Assembly (NCBI GenBank): GCA_964537395.1
Contig: CAZIBN010000002.1
Span: 14,301-78,300, forward strand
DNA from: an uncultured Elusimicrobia bacterium
Lineage (GTDB): Bacteria > Elusimicrobiota > Elusimicrobia > UBA1565 > UBA9628
Length of the DNA stretch: 64,000 bases
Reading direction: 5' to 3'
Both the position numbers and the translations under genes were made by a program. The notes beneath the pieces are model-generated. The model worked only from the letters and a program-made list of their open reading frames with translations. It did no database searches and was not told where the DNA came from. Below, in pieces: positions 18,434 through 25,915 of this stretch. Position 1 is the first letter of the stretch. Each line of letters opens with the position of its first letter.

Positions 18434-19417
18434 TCATGACGCGGTCTCCCTCGCGCCGTAGGCCGCGCGGATTGAGGAAATGCAGAACGCTGCTTCGGCC
18501 AGATTCTCGCCGCGGTGCATTCCTCCGCATTCGGCCTCAAAAGACGGCCACATCGAGGCAAGCCATTCGGGGTGTGCGGAGCCTCCTGAGAGCTTTTCGG
18601 CAAAACGCGTGGTCTCTTCAACGCCCTCGGACTTAATGGTGAGAGAGTCGTCGCGCAATTCCGCGGTGCCGCGTTCGCCGGTGATGAAGGCATGATTGGA
18701 ACGCTCGCCCGAGCGCCAGGAGAGGTGCATGGTTCCGGACGCGGCGGGAGCCGCGAACAACGCGGTCGCAACGTCGTCCACGGAGCCGCGCGGATGAAGG
18801 ACGACGTCGACAATAGATATTTTAGGGCCCAGAAGACGTCGCATCAAATAGAGATTGTGCCAGCCGTGATCCACGAAAATGCCGCCGCCCGAGATGGCCG
18901 GGTCTTTGCGCCAGTCGTTCGGCGAAGCCGAAACGGACGGGCGCGTGCGAAGCACGCGAATATCAGCGTGACGAATGGGTCCAAGGCGGCCGGAGGCCGC
19001 AACCTCGAGAAGCCGGCTCCATTGAGGTGAATACGCCCAATTGTTGATGCTATACACACACACGTTCCGCGAAGCGGATTCCGTTTGGATCTGGGCGAAG
19101 ATTTCAGGATCCAATGTCAGGGGCTTCTCGCAGAGGACGTGGATGCCTGCACGAATTCCAGATAAAATTGCCGTTCCGTGATAGCTTGGCGGAGAGCAAA
19201 CGATGAGGGCGTCCAACGATCTCTCCGCCGACAGCAACGCTTCCACGGAGTCGTAGATGCGGGCGTGCGGCAGCGAACGGATCGCCGCTTCGCGGCGTAA
19301 TGGCGAGGGCTCGGCGACCGCATCCACGACGACGCTGAGAGAGCGCAAAGCCGATAAATGCGCGCCCTCGGCGATGGCCCCGAAGCCGACTAAGCCGACG
19401 CGACGGATCTTGTTCAG
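18434..19417 (-). CDS. Gfo/Idh/MocA-family oxidoreductase (inositol 2-dehydrogenase family), probable CTG start
   Basis: The track ORF starts at TTG 19348, but the Rossmann motif KIRRVGLVGFGAIAEGAH is encoded upstream in frame. The only plausible start is CTG 19417-19415, which forms a CTGA overlap with the upstream stop and has AAGAGG 8 nt upstream. EKP motif: LCEKPL. Confidence 0.7.
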   Translation of the reverse strand: MNKIRRVGLVGFGAIAEGAHLSALRSLSVVVDAVAEPSPLRREAAIRSLPHARIYDSVEALLSAERSLDALIVCSPPSYHGTAILSGIRAGIHVLCEKPLTLDPEIFAQIQTESASRNVCVYSINNWAYSPQWSRLLEVAASGRLGPIRHADIRVLRTRPSVSASPNDWRKDPAISGGGIFVDHGWHNLYLMRRLLGPKISIVDVVLHPRGSVDDVATALFAAPAASGTMHLSWRSGERSNHAFITGERGTAELRDDSLTIKSEGVEETTRFAEKLSGGSAHPEWLASMWPSFEAECGGMHRGENLAEAAFCISSIRAAYGARETAS

Positions 19418-20757
19418 AGTGAGCGCCTCTTCGCGACCACAGTCATCGCTTCAGCCATGAGGTCGAGACCATCAAGAGCTTGCTTCTCCGTGATCACGAG
19501 CGGCGGGTTGATGCGCAGCGAAGGATTGTATGCCATCGTCAAAACGCCGCGTTTTAGGCCTTCCTCAAAAATCTCCTTACAGATATTCTTGTCGAGGGGT
19601 TTTTTATCCTTCGGATTGACGAGATCGACACCAATCATCAAGCCGCGGCCGCGCAGAGAACCGATCAACGGCTGCTGCTGCTGGATCTTGGTGAGGCGCT
19701 GGAGCATCGCCGCGCCTACCGTCGCGGCGTTCTCGACGAGCTTGTCGCGTAAAATAATCTGCAAAGTCGTGTCGCAGGCCGCCGACGCCAGCGGATTGCC
19801 GCCATAGCTCGAAGACGACCCCGACGGATTGGACCACGGCTTAGACATCGAGATCTCGTTGGTGGTAACCACGCCCGACACCGGGAAGCCGCCGCCGAAG
19901 CCCTTGCCGATGGTCATCATGTCGGGGATGACCCCCTCATGATCGCACCCGAACATCTTCCCCGTGCGTCCGAAGCCCGTGATCATCTCGTCGGAAATAA
20001 ACACCGCCCCGATCTCCTGGGCGAGTTCCTGGACGCCCTTGAAGAAACCTTTCGGAGGAATCACGTTGCCGTTGGTCCCCTGCACCGGCTCGATGATGAT
20101 CGCCGCCACCGCGCCCGTCGTCTCGCGCTTGATCTTCTCGCGCAGGAATTCCAGCGAATGCGCTCCGCAATCGTGCGGCGCTGTCGCGCCGAACGGACAT
20201 TTCCGGGAATCGGGATAGGGAGAGAGATGCAGCCCGGGCGCCGTCGCCCCGTACCCGTTCTTGAAGCCGTCATTGAGCAGGCCCATGACTCCCTGCGTCT
20301 TGCCGTGGAACCCGCCCCAAAATCCGATGACCTCGAACTTCCCCGTCTTGCTTTTCGCGAGCCGCAAAGCAGCCTCGACCGCCTCCGCTCCTGAGCTGTA
20401 CAACTGGCAGCGGTTCAAGCCCTTCGGCGTCACGGACGCCAGGGTCTTGAGGAAATTGACGCGGTGCGGCGTGGTGAAGGAGCCGACCGCGGTCTTCGCG
20501 GCCTGCTCGCCGATCGCCTTCGCCCACTCCGGGTGGCCGTAGCCCAGCGAAGCGACGCCGATGCCCGCGACGAGATCCAGATATTCCTTGCCATCCACGT
20601 CGCGAAGCGACGCGCCTTTGCCGCCGTCGATGGCGAGCTGGGCGTACAACGCGATCGTCTGCAGCCCGGGAGCTATATACTCCTGCTCTTCTTGAAAGAG
20701 GGCTTTCGATTTCGGCCCGGCCGAATACGGGGCGTCCGTCAGCGTCTGAGAGGTCAT
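19414..20757 (-). CDS. Class-III pyridoxal-phosphate-dependent aminotransferase
   Basis: Start re-set to the ATG at 20757 (MTSQTLTD...), 447 aa. The track ORF adds 91 R/P-rich residues. Motifs SGAEAVEAALRLA, ISDEMITGFGRTGKMF and the PLP-lysine context MTIGKGFGGGFP. Confidence 0.85.
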   Translation of the reverse strand: MTSQTLTDAPYSAGPKSKALFQEEQEYIAPGLQTIALYAQLAIDGGKGASLRDVDGKEYLDLVAGIGVASLGYGHPEWAKAIGEQAAKTAVGSFTTPHRVNFLKTLASVTPKGLNRCQLYSSGAEAVEAALRLAKSKTGKFEVIGFWGGFHGKTQGVMGLLNDGFKNGYGATAPGLHLSPYPDSRKCPFGATAPHDCGAHSLEFLREKIKRETTGAVAAIIIEPVQGTNGNVIPPKGFFKGVQELAQEIGAVFISDEMITGFGRTGKMFGCDHEGVIPDMMTIGKGFGGGFPVSGVVTTNEISMSKPWSNPSGSSSSYGGNPLASAACDTTLQIILRDKLVENAATVGAAMLQRLTKIQQQQPLIGSLRGRGLMIGVDLVNPKDKKPLDKNICKEIFEEGLKRGVLTMAYNPSLRINPPLVITEKQALDGLDLMAEAMTVVAKRRSL

Positions 20758-20762
20758 GTCGT

Positions 20763-21605
20763 TTATCCTTTTTTGCCCGCGACCTGGCGGAGGCGAAGCC
20801 GGAGCCGGCGGGCGATCTGGACCGCCGCTTCGGAGCGCACGCGCGCGAAGCTCGGCCAGCTGTTGATGTCGATGATATAAATCTTTCCCTCGGGAGTGAT
20901 GATGGCGTCGCCGCCGAACACCTCGACCTTCACGGTCTTGGCGGCGAGCTCGGCCTGGGCGGCGAGGTCCTCGAGCTCGAAGGGCAGGCGGCGGGCGGTG
21001 GAAGGATCGTGGTAGAACCACGTGAACCACTGGCCGGGGCCGACGCCGTAGAACTTGATGAGGTCGCCGTCGGTGTGGCGCTGGATCGCGAGATCCTTGA
21101 TCTCCCGGCTCTCGAACTCGCGCCGGATCTTCTCGGCTTCGTCCCAGTCCTTGGCGAAGACCACGTCGTAGGCGCAGGTGTTATGCACGTCGCCGCGCTT
21201 GAGCCACCAGCCTCCGTCGGCCTCGAAGTCGGGCGCCTTCTTGTTGGCGTCGGCGGTGGAGCGGCGCACCACCGTGGACGGATACGAGAGGCCGGGCGTG
21301 TTCGCGAAAGATTCGAGCATGCGCGTGCGGTAGCAGCCGAGCACGGAGTCGGCGGGGTTGACCGTCACGACGCCGGTCTCGGCCTCGATCTTCTTGAGGC
21401 GCATGAGGCGCGGGTAGGTCTCGCACATCGGGACGATGAGATCGAAGCCTTTCCCGTCGGCGCGGTCGAATTCCTCAGGGGTCATCACCGTGACCTCGGT
21501 CTTGAGGATCGAGAGCTGGTCCATCACCGCCTTGAGGATCAGCGCGTCATCGGACTCGCGGCCGGGGGAGTTCTGGGTCTCGCGCAAAATACCAAGAGCT
21601 TTCAT
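20763..21605 (-). CDS. ATP-grasp domain enzyme (ligase or kinase; specificity unknown)
   Basis: 280 aa. ATP-grasp features WWLKRGDVH, LIKFYGV, and a C-terminal EVFGGDAIITPEGKIYIIDINSWPSF (Mg-ATP loop). 4-bp overlap with the upstream gene. Confidence 0.7.
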   Translation of the reverse strand: MKALGILRETQNSPGRESDDALILKAVMDQLSILKTEVTVMTPEEFDRADGKGFDLIVPMCETYPRLMRLKKIEAETGVVTVNPADSVLGCYRTRMLESFANTPGLSYPSTVVRRSTADANKKAPDFEADGGWWLKRGDVHNTCAYDVVFAKDWDEAEKIRREFESREIKDLAIQRHTDGDLIKFYGVGPGQWFTWFYHDPSTARRLPFELEDLAAQAELAAKTVKVEVFGGDAIITPEGKIYIIDINSWPSFARVRSEAAVQIARRLRLRLRQVAGKKG

Positions 21606-22312
21606 CGGTTCGTCTCCACGGTGAGAAATGTTTCGGCGGCATGTAAGTCTTCGGGCCGGTCCACGTCGAGAGATTTGGAGAGGATAACACCTTTAACGAC
21701 CGCGCCTGAGGCGACGAGATCTCGAAAAAAATCCCTAAGTCGAGAATGCCGTTCAGCCTGCGGAATATCCGTCGCGGCCTTCCGAGTCATGTAATAAAGG
21801 CCGCAAGTCACGGCGTCCTTACGCTTCGCGTCGGCGCCAAGGGCTGTTATGCGGCCATTCGCGTCCGCGTCGGCCCACAAGGGTTTCTCGTCGTCGACAT
21901 GCAACGTTAAAGCAAGTCCCGCGTCGGCGTTGGAGCCCCGGCATTCGCGTATGAATCGAGCGACATCGTCCGTCTTGATCAACGCGTCCACGGTGCTCAC
22001 GATGAATTCTCGATTCGTTGCCGTTTCCGCAAGCCGTTTGGAAACGAGCCGGAACGACTCGAACGATGAGGCCGTGTCGGCCGTCACGAAATCGAATTTG
22101 ACGTCGGGGAATGCTGAGGACAGATAAGGCGCGACTGCGTCGCCGCGCGAATTGGTCAAAACGACAATGTCTTTACACCCCGCCGAGCGCAATCCGACGA
22201 CCACCCAATGGATGAGCGGCTTCGCCGCTATATTTATCATCGGCTTAATCGTGCCCGGATGGCTCTTGCTCAGGCGCGAGCCCTCGCCGGCGGCGATGAT
22301 CGCGGCTCTCAT
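21602..22312 (-). CDS. Nucleotidyltransferase (NTP_transferase fold; candidate inositol-phosphate cytidylyltransferase)
   Basis: 236 aa. Intact signature MRAAIIAAGEGSRL...KPM, followed by an alpha/beta nucleotidyltransferase fold pattern. 4-bp overlaps on both sides. Confidence 0.75.
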   Translation of the reverse strand: MRAAIIAAGEGSRLSKSHPGTIKPMINIAAKPLIHWVVVGLRSAGCKDIVVLTNSRGDAVAPYLSSAFPDVKFDFVTADTASSFESFRLVSKRLAETATNREFIVSTVDALIKTDDVARFIRECRGSNADAGLALTLHVDDEKPLWADADANGRITALGADAKRKDAVTCGLYYMTRKAATDIPQAERHSRLRDFFRDLVASGAVVKGVILSKSLDVDRPEDLHAAETFLTVETNR

Positions 22313-22974
22313 CCGAGCGCCGCCTCGAGCTCAGTCACCGAGCGCAGCGTCCAATGCTGGCCTGCTTTTGGCGGCTTCGCCGCCGCTGAAATCAACGCGA
22401 TTTTCATGCCGACGCCGGCAGCGCCCGCCATGTCGCGCTTGACCGAGTCCCCGACCATCACGCACTCCGCAGGGGAGGCGTCGACCGCCTTGGTGGCGTG
22501 GAGGAAGATCGCGGCGTCGGGTTTGGTCACGCCGAGCACGCCGGAGTCGGCGACCACGGAGAAGAGCGGGCGCAACCCTTCGGCGGTCAGGATCCCATCG
22601 AGGTTGCCGTAGAAATTCGACACGATGCCGAGGCGGTAGCGCTTGGCGAGGCGCTCAAGCACGGGGGCCAGGCGCTGGAACTGGCCGCGGCAGTCGGCAA
22701 CAAAACGGCCGGCGATCGGGTCGACCAGGTCGCTGCGGTGCGGAGCCAGGATCTTGATCACATCTTCGACCTGGAGGCGCACGGTTTGCGCCAGGTCCAG
22801 GCCCTTCAACGCGTGCCGGATGTGAAGGTTGTCGTCGGAATCGTAGAAGGCGCGGTCAAAGAGATCCTTTGGGAAATCAAGGCCGGCTTCCTTATAAATG
22901 GGGTGGAAGCGCTCGAGCCAGGTGGTTCCATCGGCATCGAGGGTCCCCCCATAGTCGAACAACAGGGACTTCAT
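22309..22974 (-). CDS. HAD-superfamily hydrolase/phosphatase
   Basis: Start placed at the ATG at 22974 (MKSLLFDYGGTLD...), 221 aa. HAD motif I variant FDYGGTL, motif II IVSN, motif IV GDSVKRD. A perfect TATAAT lies 6 nt upstream. The track start 23046 adds 24 aa with no support. Confidence 0.75.
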   Translation of the reverse strand: MKSLLFDYGGTLDADGTTWLERFHPIYKEAGLDFPKDLFDRAFYDSDDNLHIRHALKGLDLAQTVRLQVEDVIKILAPHRSDLVDPIAGRFVADCRGQFQRLAPVLERLAKRYRLGIVSNFYGNLDGILTAEGLRPLFSVVADSGVLGVTKPDAAIFLHATKAVDASPAECVMVGDSVKRDMAGAAGVGMKIALISAAAKPPKAGQHWTLRSVTELEAALG

Positions 22975-22980
22975 TCTAAT

Positions 22981-22986
22981 ATTATA
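22981..22986 (-). promoter_or_regulatory. -10 box TATAAT, 6 nt upstream of the HAD ATG (leaderless-type promoter of the inositol operon)
   Basis: The minus strand reads aagTATAATattagaATGaag. There is no Shine-Dalgarno sequence. The -35 region is poor. Confidence 0.45.
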
Positions 22987-23039
22987 CTTCATAGCGTTCA
23001 TGCTGGCTGATGCGAACATCGCCGTGAATCGAGTAGGTC

Positions 23040-23068
23040 TTGACAATCTCAGGTAAACCTGTTATAAA
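23040..23068 (+). promoter_or_regulatory. Sigma70-like promoter (TTGACA-17 nt-TATAAA)
   Basis: TTGACA at 23040-23045, a 17-nt spacer, and TATAAA at 23063-23068, pointing toward pilM. Confidence 0.55.
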
Positions 23069-23086
23069 TCCGTGCCGCACAAAAAA

Positions 23087-23137
23087 CGCGCCGAGTCCGA
23101 CCTCCCGTGGAATACGGGGGGGCGTCGGCGCTTTTTT
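23087..23137 (+). terminator. Intrinsic-terminator-like hairpin plus U6 inside the pilM leader (attenuator or 3' end of a ~60-nt RNA)
   Basis: GCGCCGA (23088-23094) pairs with TCGGCGC (23125-23131). Inner stem CCCGT/ACGGG with loop GGAAT. TTTTTT at 23132-23137 and A6 at 23081-23086. It lies between the promoter and the pilM SD AAGGAG (23168-23173). Confidence 0.55.
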
Positions 23138-23177
23138 AATGGCCTGTTGCGGTCGTAGACTGGAAGCAAGGAGATAA

Positions 23178-24317
23178 ATGCCTAAGATCGATGTCAAGGA
23201 GAAGCTCGGGGCCCTGAAAGGGCTCGCGGAGATGTTCCTTGGCCCCAAGGACGTCGTCGGCATCGACGTCGGCTCATACTCGGTCAAGGTCGTCCTCTTT
23301 AAGGTTGAGGCCGGCGTGTGCCAGCTTAAAGCCTGGGGCCATCTGCCCCTGGGCGCGAAGGTGGACGCGGGCCCCGATGAAAAGAAGGCGGCCGTGGTCA
23401 ACGCGCTGCGCGCCCTCTTCATCGAGAAGGGCATCAAGGTGAAGGACGTCTCCACCGCTTTGTCGGGCAATGCGGTCATCGTGCGTTATGTCAAATTCCC
23501 CCGTTTGACGAAGCTCGAGCTTCTGTCGACCTTGGCCACCGAGGCCGAGCCGTTCATCCCTTTCGACATCAACGAAGTCCAGCTCGGATTCCATATCCTC
23601 AGCGAGATCGTCGAGGACGGACAGAAGAAGATGGAGACCGTGCTCGTCGCGGCAAAGCGCGAGCTCATCGTTTCCCGCCTTGAGATCCTGCAGGGCGCGG
23701 GGCTGACCCCCGCGATCATCGACGTGGACAGCTTCGCGCTCGAGAACGTCCACGAGAAGATCCGAGACGCGAAGGAAGGCCCGGGCGCGACGCTCTATCT
23801 TAATATCGGCCACATGGTGACGAACCTTTCCATCGTGGAGAACGGCGTCACGCGCGTCGTGCGCGATATGTTCATCGCCGGCAACACGATGACGAAGGCC
23901 ATCATGAAGGCTTTCCAGTGCGACGCGGCCAAGGCCGAGGAGCTCAAGCATTCCCGCGGCGTGTTCGTCGATCCCGCGGAGAAGGAGAAGGCCCTCGCCG
24001 ACGGCGACCGTGACGGCCTCGGCGTCTCGCAGGCTGTCGGCCAGGTCGCCCGAGACCTCGTCGCCGAGGTCCACCGCTCCGTCGACTTCTATCTTTCGCA
24101 AGGCCCGGACCGCTCGATCGGCCGCATCATGCTCGCCGGCGGCAGCGCGCGCCTGAAGAATCTCGACAAGCATCTTGCCCAGGAGTTGAAGGTCCCCGTC
24201 TTGGTGCTCAATCCTTTCTCGTTCGCGAAAGGCGGCGAGGCCGTGCCCGAAGGCCTGTCGCCCTCGTTCGGCGTGGCGGCGGGGCTGGCTCTGAGGCAGA
24301 ACAGGGATTGGGAATAG
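23178..24317 (+). CDS. pilM: Type IV pilus assembly protein PilM (actin-like ATPase fold)
   Basis: 379 aa. VGIDVGSYSVKVV N-terminus, IIDVDSFAL, GGSARL. Followed by pilNOPQ. Confidence 0.9.
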   Translation: MPKIDVKEKLGALKGLAEMFLGPKDVVGIDVGSYSVKVVLFKVEAGVCQLKAWGHLPLGAKVDAGPDEKKAAVVNALRALFIEKGIKVKDVSTALSGNAVIVRYVKFPRLTKLELLSTLATEAEPFIPFDINEVQLGFHILSEIVEDGQKKMETVLVAAKRELIVSRLEILQGAGLTPAIIDVDSFALENVHEKIRDAKEGPGATLYLNIGHMVTNLSIVENGVTRVVRDMFIAGNTMTKAIMKAFQCDAAKAEELKHSRGVFVDPAEKEKALADGDRDGLGVSQAVGQVARDLVAEVHRSVDFYLSQGPDRSIGRIMLAGGSARLKNLDKHLAQELKVPVLVLNPFSFAKGGEAVPEGLSPSFGVAAGLALRQNRDWE

Positions 24318-24321
24318 CGCG

Positions 24322-24864
24322 ATGATCAAGGTCAACCTTGTTCCCTCCGAGATCCTCGCCAAGGCCAAGTCGCGGCAGCTGCTGCTCCAGGCCGGCGCCG
24401 TCGGCAGCCTGTTAGCGCTGCTGCTCCTCGGCGCCTCCTTCGGCCATTGGTACGGCAAGCACGCGCTCGAGATCACGTTGGTCGAGAAAGAGGCCAAGCT
24501 CAAGCAGCTGGACCGCATCGTCAAGCAGGTCGAGGAGCTCGAGAAGGCCGCCGCCGCCGTGCGCGCGCGCCTCGGCGTCATCGAGGATCTCCTGCTTGGA
24601 CGCGCCTACTACCCCATCTTCATGTCCGAGTTCGCCCGCTCGGTTCCGGCCGGCGTCAAGGTGAACTCGATGGGCACCGCGACTGCGGCGCCCGGCACCC
24701 TCAAGCTTACGATCGCCGCCGTCGCGAACACCAATGAGGACATCGCGGCCTGGGTGAAGACCCTGGAGAAGAACGCGAAGTTCGCTTCGATCGAGTTCGG
24801 GGCCGTGTCCGTCGCCGGGACCACCTATAACTTCTCGTTGACGGCGACGTACACGAGCAAATAA
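24322..24864 (+). CDS. pilN: Type IV pilus assembly protein PilN
   Basis: 180 aa. MIKVNLVP start, a single TM helix, a coiled coil, and the expected position. Confidence 0.85.
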   Translation: MIKVNLVPSEILAKAKSRQLLLQAGAVGSLLALLLLGASFGHWYGKHALEITLVEKEAKLKQLDRIVKQVEELEKAAAAVRARLGVIEDLLLGRAYYPIFMSEFARSVPAGVKVNSMGTATAAPGTLKLTIAAVANTNEDIAAWVKTLEKNAKFASIEFGAVSVAGTTYNFSLTATYTSK

Positions 24865-24865
24865 A

Positions 24866-25411
24866 ATGGCCATGCAACTCTCGAAGCAGCAGCAGCAGTA
24901 TCTCGGCGCCGGCGCCGTGCTGTTCGTCGTTTTCAGCGTCGTCTATGTGAAGTTCTTTTGGCTACCCATCTCGGCCGCCAAGGCTGAGGCGACGGAGAAG
25001 ATCGAGAAGATCAGCCTCCAGATCAAGAAGGCCCAGGAGCAGGCGGCCCGGCTCGAGCGCCTGCAGGCCGAGATCGCGAGCCTCAACGAGCGTGCGGCCG
25101 AGGCGGAGAAGAAGCTGCCCAAGACGAAATCCGCTCCCGACATCCTGCTGACCATCTCCTCTCTCGCGCAGAAGAACCGGGTCGTCATCCAGAGCTTCAC
25201 GCCGGGCCCGATGAAGAGCCAGACCTATTTCATCGAGCTCGCCTACCCCCTTTCGATCAAAGGCTCCTATCACAACATCGGCCGCTTCCTGGCCGCCGTC
25301 GGCCTTGAGGAGCGTATCTTCAACGTGAGGGACATCAACTATCCGTCCGCGGACCCCGGCGGAGACATGACCGTGACCTTCACCTTGCTCTCGTACCAGT
25401 ATAAAGGATGA
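24866..25411 (+). CDS. pilO: Type IV pilus assembly protein PilO
   Basis: 181 aa. N-terminal TM helix, coiled coil, C-terminal ferredoxin-like part (YHNIGRFLAAV). Confidence 0.85.
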   Translation: MAMQLSKQQQQYLGAGAVLFVVFSVVYVKFFWLPISAAKAEATEKIEKISLQIKKAQEQAARLERLQAEIASLNERAAEAEKKLPKTKSAPDILLTISSLAQKNRVVIQSFTPGPMKSQTYFIELAYPLSIKGSYHNIGRFLAAVGLEERIFNVRDINYPSADPGGDMTVTFTLLSYQYKG

Positions 25412-25902
25412 TCACCGCCACCATCGTTTTACTCCTCGCGACGGCCGGCCTCGCCTCGGCGGGGCCGGCTCCGTCGCCGGCCGCCGTGGCGACGTCGACG
25501 AGCGCCGCGCGCTCGCCGATCGGGGTTTCGACGCAGACGGTCTCGAGCATCTACACGGGCGACCGCGTGCGCGATCCCTTTCTGCCGGCCGCGATGGGCG
25601 GGGCCCGATCCGTGCGCGTCGAGGACGCGAAGACCGACGGCCCCGAGATCGTGGACATCCATGGCATGACTTTGCGCGGCATCATGAAGGACACGAAGAT
25701 CGACTACGCGCTGTTCTCCTCCGAGGGCGGCGGCACCTACCTTTTGCGCGGCGGCAAGCTTTACAACGAACGCAATAAGCCGGTCCCCGGAATCACCGGC
25801 GCCATCAAGCTGAAGCAGAAGACCGTGGAGCTCATCACTCCCGATAAGGACGTGCAGGTGTTCCGGCTTGGCGAGGATGAGAAAGCGAAGGAGAAGCTGT
25901 AG
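25408..25902 (+). CDS. pilP: Type IV pilus assembly protein PilP-like
   Basis: 164 aa. Signal peptide, S/T/A-rich linker, RDPF motif and a beta-rich C-domain. ATGA overlap with pilO. Confidence 0.7.
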   Translation: MITATIVLLLATAGLASAGPAPSPAAVATSTSAARSPIGVSTQTVSSIYTGDRVRDPFLPAAMGGARSVRVEDAKTDGPEIVDIHGMTLRGIMKDTKIDYALFSSEGGGTYLLRGGKLYNERNKPVPGITGAIKLKQKTVELITPDKDVQVFRLGEDEKAKEKL

Positions 25903-25915
25903 CCGCGGAGAATCT

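Noticed and set aside
23075-23137. pilM leader as a known riboswitch (for example c-di-GMP)
   Set aside because: Only ~60 nt lie between the predicted start and the U tract, forming a single extended hairpin. I see none of the conserved riboswitch cores. It is reported only as an attenuator or sRNA candidate.
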